Source of the DNA: Candidatus Latescibacterota bacterium
GTDB lineage: Bacteria > Latescibacterota > UBA2968 > UBA8231
Assembly: GCA_965203355.1 (NCBI GenBank)
Contig: OZ241889.1
Span: 3,840,001-3,904,000 of the forward strand
Direction: 5' to 3'
DNA: 64,000 nucleotides
Part shown: one piece after another, positions 21,855-31,432 of the stretch
Position numbering within the stretch: the stretch's first letter is position 1
How the letters are laid out: every line of letters begins with the position of its first letter
Notes under the pieces: model-generated
Database searches by the model: none
Told to the model about the DNA's origin: nothing
Seen by the model: only the letters and a program-made list of their open reading frames with translations
Made by a program: the position numbers and the translations under genes

Positions 21855-23237
21855 GTGAGTGACACTGCATTCGATTTAGTGGTTATCGGCGCGGGACCGG
21901 GCGGCTACGTGGCCGCGAGCAAAGCGGCGCAACTCGGCATGAAGGTGGCCTGCATCGACAAAAGCTACCTCGGCGGCACCTGCCTCAACGTCGGCTGTAT
22001 CCCCAGCAAGGCCCTGCTAGAGTCGAGTGATTTATTCCACAGAGCCAAGAAGGGATTGCGGCACCACGGAATCGGGCTGGGCGAAGTGGTCCTAGACCTA
22101 CAGGCCATGATGGCGCGGAAAGAGAAAATCGTCCAGACCATGACCCAGGGCATTGAGGGGCTGTTTAAGGGCCGAGGGGTGACGCATTTTGTCGGCACAG
22201 GTCGGGTCCTCGCTCAGGGCAGCGTGGCGGTCCAAGGTTCAGACAGCGAGCAGGTGCTGTCTGCCAAACACATCTTGTTGGCCACCGGGAGCACACCCGT
22301 GGAGTTGCCCAATCTGCCTTTTGATGGAAAACTCATAATCAGCTCGACCGAAGCCCTAACCTTAGAAAAAGTGCCTGAGCGGCTCGTCGTCATTGGCGGC
22401 GGTGCCATTGGGTTGGAACTGGGTTCTGTGTGGGCCCGGTTGGGTGCCCAAGTGATCGTCGTGGAGGTCATGGAGCAGATTTTGCCGGGGATCGACCAAG
22501 AGATGGCCCAGCAGCTAGAGCGGCTGCTCAAGCGACAGGGACTAAAGTTTCTGCTCGGGGCCAAGGTCCAAGAAGCCGCGCGCAAAAAAGCACCCGTGAC
22601 GCTGACCATAGCGGCCGGCGATCGAGAACGCAGCGAAACGTGCGACTTGGTGTTGGTCGCTGTGGGACGCAAACCATGCAGCGCGGGGTTGGGGCTGGAA
22701 GACGCAGGCGTGGCAGTCAACGAGCGGGGACAGGTTCTCGTCGACGCGCAGGGACGCACCAATGTCGAGGGCATCTGGGCTATCGGCGACCTCGTGCCCG
22801 GGCCGATGTTGGCCCACAAGGCCGAGGCCGAAGGAAGCGCGGTCGCCGAGCGAATGGCCGGACGCGCCGGGCAGGTCAACTACGATGCCATACCCTCGGT
22901 CGTGTACACCCATCCAGAATTAGCCTCCGTGGGAGCGAGCGAAGAAGAAGCCACCGCGGCCGGCCGCCCGGTCGCCGTCGGCAAGTACCACTTTCGCGGC
23001 AATGCCCGCGCCCACTGCATGGACGACATCGACGGCCTAGTCAAGGTCGTCGCCGATGCGCACACCGACCAACTCTTGGGGATGCACATCCTCGGGCCAC
23101 AGGCTTCGCACTTGATTGCCGAGGGCGTCTTAGCCCTGGAGTTCGGTGCCAGTGCCGAGGATGTCGCGCGCACCGTCCACGCGCATCCAGCGCTGTCAGA
23201 AGTCATAGGCGAGGCAGCGCAAGCCGCATCAACGTGA
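21855..23237 (+). CDS. lpdA: Dihydrolipoyl dehydrogenase E3
   Basis: GAGPGGY, GGTCLNVGCIPSK, HAHPALSE. Confidence 0.96.
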   Translation: MSDTAFDLVVIGAGPGGYVAASKAAQLGMKVACIDKSYLGGTCLNVGCIPSKALLESSDLFHRAKKGLRHHGIGLGEVVLDLQAMMARKEKIVQTMTQGIEGLFKGRGVTHFVGTGRVLAQGSVAVQGSDSEQVLSAKHILLATGSTPVELPNLPFDGKLIISSTEALTLEKVPERLVVIGGGAIGLELGSVWARLGAQVIVVEVMEQILPGIDQEMAQQLERLLKRQGLKFLLGAKVQEAARKKAPVTLTIAAGDRERSETCDLVLVAVGRKPCSAGLGLEDAGVAVNERGQVLVDAQGRTNVEGIWAIGDLVPGPMLAHKAEAEGSAVAERMAGRAGQVNYDAIPSVVYTHPELASVGASEEEATAAGRPVAVGKYHFRGNARAHCMDDIDGLVKVVADAHTDQLLGMHILGPQASHLIAEGVLALEFGASAEDVARTVHAHPALSEVIGEAAQAAST

Positions 23238-23376
23238 GCTCGGGCGTCGGTCGCCAAACCGCACGGCCCGGCGCCCGCGAAAACATCCTCATCGGCAGCG
23301 ATGCGCGCCTTGCTCGCTGAGCCGCTGGACTCGTTGAACTCCCTATAACCCACCGCCCAACTCAGAAAGGAAAACC

Positions 23377-24690
23377 ATGAGCGAATTTTTCAAGGGTATT
23401 AAAAAAATTGCCTACGAAGGCCCAGACGCTAAAAATCCCCTCGCCTTCAAGCACTACGACGCCCAGGCCCTAGTCGGCGACAAGACCATGGCCGAGCACC
23501 TGCGCTTCTCCGTGGCCTTTTGGCACAGCTTCAAGGGCGGCGGCATAGATCCCTTTGGCCCAACTCCGGTGTACGACCGGCCTTGGGACCGCGCCGCCGA
23601 CCCCATGCAGCGCGCCGAAGACACCTTGCACGCGGCCTTTGAGTTCATCACCAAGCTCGGCGCACCGTTCTACTGCTGGCACGACCGCGACATCGCCCCC
23701 GAAGGCGAGACCCTCAAAGAAAGCAACGACCGCCTCGACCGCCTCGTGGGATTGGCTGAGCAGTTGCAAGCCGACACCGGCGTCCGCCTGCTGTGGGGCA
23801 CGTCCAACTGTTTCTCCCATGCGCGCTTCACGCACGGGGCCGCCACCAACCCCGACGCCCATGTCTTCGCCTGGGCCGCGGCGCAGATCAAGAAGGCCAT
23901 GGAATGCACCCATCGGCTCGGGGGGGCTAACTACGTGTTTTGGGGTGGGCGCGAAGGGTACTCCAGCTTGCTCAACACCAACATGGCCCACGAGCAGGAC
24001 CAGCTCGCGCGTTTATTGCACATGGCGGTCGAACACAAAAAGGCACTCGGCTTTACCGGCACCCTGCTCGTGGAGCCTAAACCCAAAGAGCCGACCAAAC
24101 ACCAGTACGACTACGATGCCGCCACCGTCTTGAGCTTCCTCCGCAAATACGACCTGTTGGACGAATTCAAGCTCAACATCGAAGCCAATCACGCCACTTT
24201 GGCCGGCCACACCTTTGAACACGACCTCCAACTCGCCGCGGCCGAGGGCAAGCTGGGCAGCATTGACGCCAATCGCGGCGACTACCTGCTCGGCTGGGAC
24301 ACCGATCAATTCCCCACCGACCTCTACTCCACCACCTACGCCATGCTGGTCATCCTCAAACAAGGCAGCATCGCGCCCGGCGGCATCAACTTCGACGCCA
24401 AGGTGCGGCGCGGCTCCTGCGCCTTGGATGATCTCTTCCACGCCCACATCGGCGGCATGGACTCGTTTGCCCGCGGGCTGACGCTGGCCCAGCGCATCAT
24501 AGACGACCGCGCACTCGACGCCTTTGTCGAGGCGCGTTACGCGTCGTACCGCAGCGGCATTGGCGCAAAGATCATGCGCGGCGAGACCAACTTCGCCGAG
24601 CTAGAGGCCTATGTCCACCAGCACGGCGAGCCGGAAAAGCGCAGTGGCCGCGAGGAAATGCTGGAGAATATCGTCAATAGTTATTTGTGA
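23377..24690 (+). CDS. xylA: Xylose isomerase (class II)
   Basis: FWHSF, VFWGGREGY, EPKPKEPTKHQYD, GWDTDQFP. Confidence 0.96.
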   Translation: MSEFFKGIKKIAYEGPDAKNPLAFKHYDAQALVGDKTMAEHLRFSVAFWHSFKGGGIDPFGPTPVYDRPWDRAADPMQRAEDTLHAAFEFITKLGAPFYCWHDRDIAPEGETLKESNDRLDRLVGLAEQLQADTGVRLLWGTSNCFSHARFTHGAATNPDAHVFAWAAAQIKKAMECTHRLGGANYVFWGGREGYSSLLNTNMAHEQDQLARLLHMAVEHKKALGFTGTLLVEPKPKEPTKHQYDYDAATVLSFLRKYDLLDEFKLNIEANHATLAGHTFEHDLQLAAAEGKLGSIDANRGDYLLGWDTDQFPTDLYSTTYAMLVILKQGSIAPGGINFDAKVRRGSCALDDLFHAHIGGMDSFARGLTLAQRIIDDRALDAFVEARYASYRSGIGAKIMRGETNFAELEAYVHQHGEPEKRSGREEMLENIVNSYL

Positions 24691-24729
24691 GGAAGAACGG
24701 GAACTGGACGCACAACGGAGTTGCGATGA

Positions 24730-24960
24730 TTACCAAAGAACAAGTCGAGACGAGATAAGTCGCTCCAAAAAATTCAATCCGTTGCCAAAAACAGCATTTG
24801 AGTATTCCGAACACCAACTTCCCAAGAAATCGCCAAATTTATCGGCAATAAGCCGCTCTAACGCATCGCCAACAGTCCTCATGCTGTCTGCTGTCGCCGG
24901 TGAAAGAATAGTCCTTTATCTCACTCGCAATTCTCAAGTGACTGCTAGAGAAAAGGCCGC
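24730..24960 (-). pseudogene. Probable remnant of the gene downstream of the MTase (possibly a restriction endonuclease N-terminus)
   Basis: AT-rich fragments ...HLRIASEIKDY / LSPATADSMRTVGDALERLIADKFGDFLGSWCSEYSN... in two frames, truncated. Confidence 0.4.
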
Positions 24961-25896
24961 TTTCTGCGGTTGATCGTTCAGGCTGTTTCGCTCCCAAAAT
25001 ACGCCATCAGCGTATCCTTGAATCGACGGATCGGCAAGGGCCTGTTGCAACCGCTTTTGACTCCAACAGCAGTATTCTTTGTTCAACTCAATCCCGCAGA
25101 ACGAGCGTCCGAGCTTGCGCGCCACCACCGCCGTGGTACCGCTTCCCAAGCACGGATCGAAAATGAGGTCGCCCTGCTTACTGCTTGCGAGCACTAACTT
25201 TGCTATCAGCTTCTCCGGTTTTTGCGTAGGATGATCAGTATTCTCTGGCATAGACCAGAATGGTATTGAAATATCCGACCATATATTGGAAGGATGGGTA
25301 AGTCTAAAATTACCGCCGTTTTCCTCCACCCAGTCTTTAGGCTTTCCATGGACTCGATATGGAGCAACGACTTTCCTTTTTAGCTTTACTGCCTCGACAT
25401 CAAAATAATAGCTCGTCCCTACAGTGCAGAACCAAATGTCTTCGCTGTTGTTTTTCCAGTTCGATTTCGCCCCCCGTCCTTTTTCGCGCTCCCAAGTAAT
25501 CCGATTGTGAATGCAGAAGTGCCTTTCGAGAATGGAGGCAATCAGTTGTGAGGTCTTCCAATCAGCACAGACATAAACGGTTGCGTCCTGCTTCAAGGTC
25601 GGTTTGAGCAGACAGATGAGCTCTTCAAACCAAGCTGCATAGGCCCCTTTTTCTTTTTGCCGAAATAAGTGCCCGTTGTAATTTTTGGCGAGATTGTAGG
25701 GAGGATCGAGAATTAGGAGATCGGCGAAGCAGGTAGGCAGTAAGGGAAGGACGTCAAAAGCGTCCCCGTGAATAATTCTATTGACAATTTGCTCCAGCAC
25801 CACGGACTCAGTCAGCACTAGCAAATCACGCTCAAGAGTCTCGCTCTCTTCGGCGTCGCAAGTGAGCGTCCTATTCCTCGGTGCTCTCTTTTTCAT
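24934..25896 (-). CDS. Site-specific DNA methyltransferase (beta class)
   Basis: DPPYNL, HPTQKPEKL, DPCLGSGTT. Confidence 0.9.
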   Translation of the reverse strand: MKKRAPRNRTLTCDAEESETLERDLLVLTESVVLEQIVNRIIHGDAFDVLPLLPTCFADLLILDPPYNLAKNYNGHLFRQKEKGAYAAWFEELICLLKPTLKQDATVYVCADWKTSQLIASILERHFCIHNRITWEREKGRGAKSNWKNNSEDIWFCTVGTSYYFDVEAVKLKRKVVAPYRVHGKPKDWVEENGGNFRLTHPSNIWSDISIPFWSMPENTDHPTQKPEKLIAKLVLASSKQGDLIFDPCLGSGTTAVVARKLGRSFCGIELNKEYCCWSQKRLQQALADPSIQGYADGVFWERNSLNDQPQKAAFSLAVT

Positions 25897-25917
25897 ATTA
25901 ACAAATTAACAAAGATC

Positions 25918-26904
25918 TCAATGGTCCCTCGGCACGGCCATCATCCGCTCCAACGCCCGCCGCGCTCCGGCGATCACCTCGTCGTCCAGTGTGATTTCGT
26001 AGCGCTCGTAGAGCAGCGCAAAGTACACGTCTTGTAGGTCGGTGATTTTCATGTAGGGACAGTGTAGCCGGCAGCCAATGCAACCGTCTGCCGCTACGAA
26101 CTCTTGGTGCGGGAAGCGCTGCCGAAGCTGATGCAACATGCCGTTTTCTGTGGCGATGATGAAGCTCTTGGCCTCGGGATACTTTTCAACGGCCTTGAGC
26201 ATCCCGGTGGTCGAGCACACTTCGTGCGCGATTTCGACCACGTCTTGGCGGCATTCCGGGTGTGCAATGACGACGGCCTCGGGAAACTCGCTGCGGGTGC
26301 GCTCGACGCTGGCCGCGCGCAGCACGTCGTGCGTCGGGCAAGCACCGTCGTACACCACGATCTCTTTTTCCGGCACCTGCTCAGCCACCCAGCGGCCCAA
26401 GTTGCGGTCGGGCGTAAAGAGGATCTGGTCGTTGTCGAGGCTGCGCACCACTGAAACGGCGTTGGCCGAGGTGCAGCAGATGTCGGACTCAGCCTTCACC
26501 TCAGCCGTGGAGTTGACATACGTCACCACCGTGTGATCGGGATAGTCTGCTTTCCAATCGTCGAGGCTTTCGGGCGTGATGGAATCGGCCAGCGAACAGC
26601 CCGCGCCTAAATGGGGCAAAAACACCTGCTTGCCGGGGCTGAGGATTTTGGCCGACTCAGCCATAAAATGCACGCCGCAAAAGACGATGCGCTCGGCATC
26701 TGTCTTAGCGGCTTCCACGGACAGCCCGAGCGAATCACCCGTGAAGTCGGCCAAGTCTTGGATCGGCGGAATCTGGTAGTTGTGCGCGAGGATGACCGCG
26801 TTTTTCTCGCGGCGCAAGTGATTGATCTGGGCGATGAGCTCCTCGGCGGGGAGGTCGCTGTAATACGGCCCAGCGGCTGGGGCGATCGTCTCTGAGTACG
26901 TCAT
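25918..26904 (-). CDS. nadA: Quinolinate synthase
   Basis: ILAHNYQ, GDSL, FCGVHFMAE, AGCSLA, YVNS, HPEC, CPYMK. Confidence 0.95.
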   Translation of the reverse strand: MTYSETIAPAAGPYYSDLPAEELIAQINHLRREKNAVILAHNYQIPPIQDLADFTGDSLGLSVEAAKTDAERIVFCGVHFMAESAKILSPGKQVFLPHLGAGCSLADSITPESLDDWKADYPDHTVVTYVNSTAEVKAESDICCTSANAVSVVRSLDNDQILFTPDRNLGRWVAEQVPEKEIVVYDGACPTHDVLRAASVERTRSEFPEAVVIAHPECRQDVVEIAHEVCSTTGMLKAVEKYPEAKSFIIATENGMLHQLRQRFPHQEFVAADGCIGCRLHCPYMKITDLQDVYFALLYERYEITLDDEVIAGARRALERMMAVPRDH

Positions 26905-27110
26905 GGCTTGACTTGCGCTCCTTCGTCGGGGGGGATGGTCTCGGTGCCGTTGGGAAAAACGCGCCAAAACTCCTTGCGAATGAGGCCGGCGATCATGGCG
27001 CTTTTGCTGCTGCCGTGATAGCGGGCAATCGCGTCGAGCATCTCGTGATCCCTATCGGGTGCCGAAAAGGTCCGCACCTTGGCCCGGCGACTTTGGTCTT
27101 TAGGTGGCAT
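26901..27110 (-). CDS. Small ribbon-helix-helix (CopG-like) DNA-binding protein
   Basis: VRTFSAP (strand)-DHEMLDAIARYHG-SKSAMIAGLIRKE (helices); stop overlaps nadA start (ATGA). Confidence 0.7.
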   Translation of the reverse strand: MPPKDQSRRAKVRTFSAPDRDHEMLDAIARYHGSSKSAMIAGLIRKEFWRVFPNGTETIPPDEGAQVKP

Positions 27111-27154
27111 CAAACTATTTATTTATTATATAAAATTTGATTAAAAACACCGAC

Positions 27155-27183
27155 AATTTAGCGAATTGCGGGCAATCCGTCAA
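27155..27183 (-). promoter_or_regulatory. sigma70-type promoter for RHH-nadA
   Basis: TTGACG-17 bp-TAAATT on minus strand. Confidence 0.55.
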
Positions 27184-27231
27184 TACATTTGTAACCGCAC
27201 TTTAACAAAATTGTCGCGATGGAGCGCGGCC

Positions 27232-28458
27232 TTATAGCTGACTAATCCGCGCCATGGCCTCTTCGATCCGGTCGCGGTGATTAAAGGCCGATAGGCGCAA
27301 GTATCCCTCGCCCGCCGCGCCAAAACCTGCCCCCGGCGTGCCGACGATGTGGGCTTTGTCGAGCAAGTAGTCGAAGTAAGTCCAACTGTCCTGTCCGTCG
27401 GGCGTGGCCACCCACAAATAGGGAGCGTGCTCGCCCCCATACACGGTAAGCCCGGCCGCCGCCAACTGCTGGCGCATGATCGCGGCATTTTCCAAGTAGA
27501 ACGCAACGCGCTCGGCCATGCCTTGCTGGCCAGCCGGAGAGTACGCGGCCTCGGCCGCGCGCTGCACCGGATACGCCACGCCATTAAACTTAGTCGAGTG
27601 CCGCCGCGCCCACAGCCGATGCAGATCCACTTCCTCGCCTGAGGCCGCGCGGCCCTTGAGTTCCTTCGGCACCACAATGTACCCACAGCGCAGGCCGGTA
27701 AAGCCGGCGTTTTTGGAAAAACTGCGAAACTCGATCGCGGCCTCGCGGGCCCCTTCAATCTCGTAGATGGAGCGCGGGAGCGTCGGATCGGTGATGTAGC
27801 TTTCGTAGGCCGCGTCAAACAGAATGACCGCCTGTTGCCGACGGGCGTATTCAATCCAGCGAGCTAAAGCGTCGCGGGGCATCACCGCGCCCGTGGGATT
27901 GTTGGGCGAGCACAGGTAGATTAGATCGACGCGACCGACGGGCCGATCCGGGATGAAGCCATTGGCGGCCGTGCATGGCATATAGACCATACCGGCGTAC
28001 GAACCGTTCTCGTCGGCCGGCCCGGTGCGGCCCGCCATGACGTTGGAATCGCAGTACACCGGATAGACCGGATCGGTCAGCGCGACCACGCAATCGCTGG
28101 CGAAAATTTCCTGCACATTGCCCGAGTCGCACTTGGACCCGTCGGAGACAAAAATCTCGTCGCGGTGCATCTGCACACCGCGGGCGCAAAAGTCGTGCTC
28201 GACAATGGCGGCGCGCAAAAAATCCTGACCTTGGTCGGGCGGATAGCCCTGTAAAGTCTCGTCGTGCGCCATTTCCTCGACGGCCTCTTTCATCGCATCG
28301 ACCATGGGCCGCGGAATGCCCTTGACCACGTCGCCGATCCCCAAGCGGATCACGTCGGCCTGGGGGTGGGCAGCAACAAACGCATCGACCCGGCGGGCGA
28401 TTTCGGGAAAGAGATAACCAGCTTTGAGCTTGAGATAGTGATCGTTGATATGCACCAT
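27232..28458 (-). CDS. dapL: LL-diaminopimelate aminotransferase
   Basis: [39 protein letters not shown]. Confidence 0.95.
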   Translation of the reverse strand: MVHINDHYLKLKAGYLFPEIARRVDAFVAAHPQADVIRLGIGDVVKGIPRPMVDAMKEAVEEMAHDETLQGYPPDQGQDFLRAAIVEHDFCARGVQMHRDEIFVSDGSKCDSGNVQEIFASDCVVALTDPVYPVYCDSNVMAGRTGPADENGSYAGMVYMPCTAANGFIPDRPVGRVDLIYLCSPNNPTGAVMPRDALARWIEYARRQQAVILFDAAYESYITDPTLPRSIYEIEGAREAAIEFRSFSKNAGFTGLRCGYIVVPKELKGRAASGEEVDLHRLWARRHSTKFNGVAYPVQRAAEAAYSPAGQQGMAERVAFYLENAAIMRQQLAAAGLTVYGGEHAPYLWVATPDGQDSWTYFDYLLDKAHIVGTPGAGFGAAGEGYLRLSAFNHRDRIEEAMARISQL

Positions 28459-28484
28459 GATATTCACTTTCTTGGAATAAAATG

Positions 28485-28558
28485 TAGGAATTAAGCGTTA
28501 CGAATTATCAATCATCCGTTCCCAATTCGCAATTCCTAATTCTCAACTTTCAACTCAA
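28485..28558. repeat. Degenerate heptamer tandem repeats in divergent intergenic region
   Basis: aattcgc-aattcct-aattctc-aactttc-aactcaa (28524-28558), with complementary taggaat/tacgaat upstream. Confidence 0.5.
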
Positions 28559-28573
28559 AAAGGAGACTCGCTC

Positions 28574-29536
28574 GTGGATATAAGTTTTATGACCAGCGCC
28601 GGCGGCCCAAACCATTGGTCTCTCGACGAATGCGCCCGCTGGGCGCGCGCGCACGATTTCGACTGCGTGCGCTTAAACGACTCCGGCGCACTCGCCTCCG
28701 ATCGCATTCTATCCGTCGGGCCGGACTCCGCCCTAGCGACCTTGCGCCAGCACGACCTGTACCTCGCCGCCCTCACCGCGCACTACAACCTGCTCGACGA
28801 CGACCGCGAGCAGGCCCGCGTCGCCCAAGCCAAGCTGCTCAAGGCCATTGCGGCGGCCCGCGCCCTCGACTGCCCGGTCGTCGTCACCAGCAGTGGCGCA
28901 CCCGTGCGCAACGGCCAGTTCTACGGCATGTTCTCCGCCGAACCCGGCAACCCCAGCGACCGCTCCGACGAATTAGTGGACCGCTTCCAAGCCATGTTCG
29001 AGCCGGTAGTGCAAGCGGCTGAAGACAACAAGGTCCGGCTCGCACTCGACGTGGCCGTGCGCATGGGCCAGATCGGCTGCAATCCAGAGATGTGGGAAAA
29101 AATCCTCAACGCCGTGCCCTCGGATCACCTCGGCTTGTCCTGCGATCCCTCGCACTGGCTGTGGATGCACATCCTGCCGGTCGAAGACGTCATCCGCGAC
29201 TTTGCCGGCCATTGGTACTACGCCGACGTCAAGGACTGCGAGATCAGCCCGCGGATGCTCTACCGCCAAGGCATCATCGGCAACTGGTGGTGGCAATACC
29301 GCGTCCCCGGCCGCGGCCAACTCAACTGGAGCACCATCATCGGCGCCCTGTGGGAATCGGGCTACGACTACGTGCTGTGCGTGGAGAACGAAGATCGCGG
29401 CTTCCCCGGCCTAGCGGGCTTTGCCTTTGGCGGCCAACACCTGCGCGGCTTGCTGCCGCCCAAAGCGTCCGGCTTTAAGCGGCAAGGCGGGCCTTGGCAG
29501 ACGAGCGGCTGGGAGCGCAAGAGTGGGAGGGGCTAG
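28574..29536 (+). CDS. Sugar phosphate isomerase/epimerase (xylose isomerase-like TIM barrel)
   Basis: DPSHWLW, VKD, PGRGQLNW, GYDYVLCVENED. Confidence 0.8.
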   Translation: MDISFMTSAGGPNHWSLDECARWARAHDFDCVRLNDSGALASDRILSVGPDSALATLRQHDLYLAALTAHYNLLDDDREQARVAQAKLLKAIAAARALDCPVVVTSSGAPVRNGQFYGMFSAEPGNPSDRSDELVDRFQAMFEPVVQAAEDNKVRLALDVAVRMGQIGCNPEMWEKILNAVPSDHLGLSCDPSHWLWMHILPVEDVIRDFAGHWYYADVKDCEISPRMLYRQGIIGNWWWQYRVPGRGQLNWSTIIGALWESGYDYVLCVENEDRGFPGLAGFAFGGQHLRGLLPPKASGFKRQGGPWQTSGWERKSGRG

Positions 29537-29611
29537 CGTGGGCAACTTGCCGTTGGGATCATTTGCCGTACTATTATTATTTGCTGCGTTGCCCACAGCC
29601 ACAGAGGACCC

Positions 29612-31285
29612 ATGAGCACAGACAAAAGCCGCGACTTCATCCGCGAGGCGATCGACGCCGACCTCAAAAGCGGCCGCTACGACCGCGTCATCACCCGCTT
29701 TCCACCCGAGCCTAACGCGCACCTGCACATCGGCCACGCCAAGGCGATCTGCATCAACTTTGGCATGGCTGCCGCCTACGGCGGCCAGTGCAATCTCCGC
29801 TACGACGACACCAACCCCACCCGCGAAGATCAGGCCTATGTGGACTCCATGCAGGAGGACATTCGCTGGCTCGGCTTCGACTGGGGGCCGCAGCCATACT
29901 ACGCTTCCGACTATTTCGGCCAACTTTACGAATGGGCTGTCGCGCTCATTAAAAAGGGCTTGGCGTACGTGGATGACCAGACCGCGGACGAGATTCGGGA
30001 AAATCGCGGTACGCTCACCGAGCCGGGCCAAAACAGCCCGTGCCGGGACCGCTCCATCGAAGAAAACCTCGGCCTCTTCGCGCAGATGAAAGACGGCGCA
30101 TTCCCGGATGGCAGCCGCGTATTGCGCGCCAAAATCGACATGGCCGCGCCCAACATCAACCTGCGCGACCCGGTCATGTACCGCATCATGCACACCCACC
30201 ACCACCGCACCGGCAATACCTGGTGCATTTATCCCATGTACGACTGGGCACACGGCCAGAGTGACGCCATCGAAGGCGTTACGCATTCGCTGTGCTCAGA
30301 CGAATTTACCAACAACCGACCGCTCTACGACTGGTTCATCGAAAAACTCGGCATCTTCCCCTCGCGCCAAATTGAGTATGCCCGCGGCAATATCACCTAC
30401 ACCCTCCTGTCCAAGCGATACCTCCTGTCGCTCATCGAGCAGAATCTCGTCTCCGGTTGGGACGATCCTCGGCTCTACACGCTGCGCGGCCTGCGCCGCT
30501 TGGGGTACCCAGCCGCGGCCATCCGCCGCTTCTGGACCGAGGCCGGCATTGCCAAACGCGGCAACAACATCGACATCGCCCTCCTCGAATACTGCATCCG
30601 CGACCAGCTCAACCACACAGCACCCCGGCGCATGGGGGTGCTCAACCCGCTCAAGGTCGTAATTGAAAACTACCCAGCGGACCAAAGCGAGATGCTACCG
30701 GCCATCAACAACCCGGAAGACGACAGCGCCGGCACCCGCTCCATCCCCTTTTCGCGGCACCTCTACATCGAGCGCGAGGACTTTATGGAAGACCCGCCGC
30801 GCAAGTTCTTTCGCCTCGCCCCAGGCCGCGAAGTCCGCCTGCGTTACGCCTATTTCATCACCTGCACCAAAGTTGTCAAAGACGACAAGGGCGAGATCGC
30901 AGAACTGCGCTGCACATACGACCCGGCCACCCGCGGCGGCAACGCGCCCGATGGCCGCAAGGTCAAAGCCACCCTGCACTGGGTTTCGATCCCCCACGCG
31001 GTCCCCGCCGAGGTGCGGCTCTACGACCGGCTTTTCAAGGTCGAAAAACCGCTTGAAGCCCCGCCCGGCGGCACGTGGCTGGACAACCTCAATCCAGACT
31101 CGCTCAAAGTCCTCAACCCTTGCTATCTAGAGCCATCCCTCGCCGACATGGCCCCCGGGGATTCCTGCCAGTTTGAGCGGCTCGGCTACTTCTGCGCCGA
31201 CCGCGAGGACCACGCGCCCAACGCGCCCGTCTTCAACCGCACCGTCACCTTGCGCGACACTTGGGCGCGGATCCAAAAGGGCTAG
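29612..31285 (+). CDS. glnS: Glutamine--tRNA ligase
   Basis: [37 protein letters not shown]. Confidence 0.97.
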   Translation: MSTDKSRDFIREAIDADLKSGRYDRVITRFPPEPNAHLHIGHAKAICINFGMAAAYGGQCNLRYDDTNPTREDQAYVDSMQEDIRWLGFDWGPQPYYASDYFGQLYEWAVALIKKGLAYVDDQTADEIRENRGTLTEPGQNSPCRDRSIEENLGLFAQMKDGAFPDGSRVLRAKIDMAAPNINLRDPVMYRIMHTHHHRTGNTWCIYPMYDWAHGQSDAIEGVTHSLCSDEFTNNRPLYDWFIEKLGIFPSRQIEYARGNITYTLLSKRYLLSLIEQNLVSGWDDPRLYTLRGLRRLGYPAAAIRRFWTEAGIAKRGNNIDIALLEYCIRDQLNHTAPRRMGVLNPLKVVIENYPADQSEMLPAINNPEDDSAGTRSIPFSRHLYIEREDFMEDPPRKFFRLAPGREVRLRYAYFITCTKVVKDDKGEIAELRCTYDPATRGGNAPDGRKVKATLHWVSIPHAVPAEVRLYDRLFKVEKPLEAPPGGTWLDNLNPDSLKVLNPCYLEPSLADMAPGDSCQFERLGYFCADREDHAPNAPVFNRTVTLRDTWARIQKG

Positions 31286-31432
31286 CCACGCCCACCGCCG
31301 CGCATGCCGATTTCGCGCCTCCTATCGGCCCTGCTGCTGGCGGCTGAGGCCCCCCTGCCCTAACTTTATCTTTTGCGCGGAACCATGCTCCGCACCGCAA
31401 CATCATATATAGCGATCCCAAGCCTAATCCCT

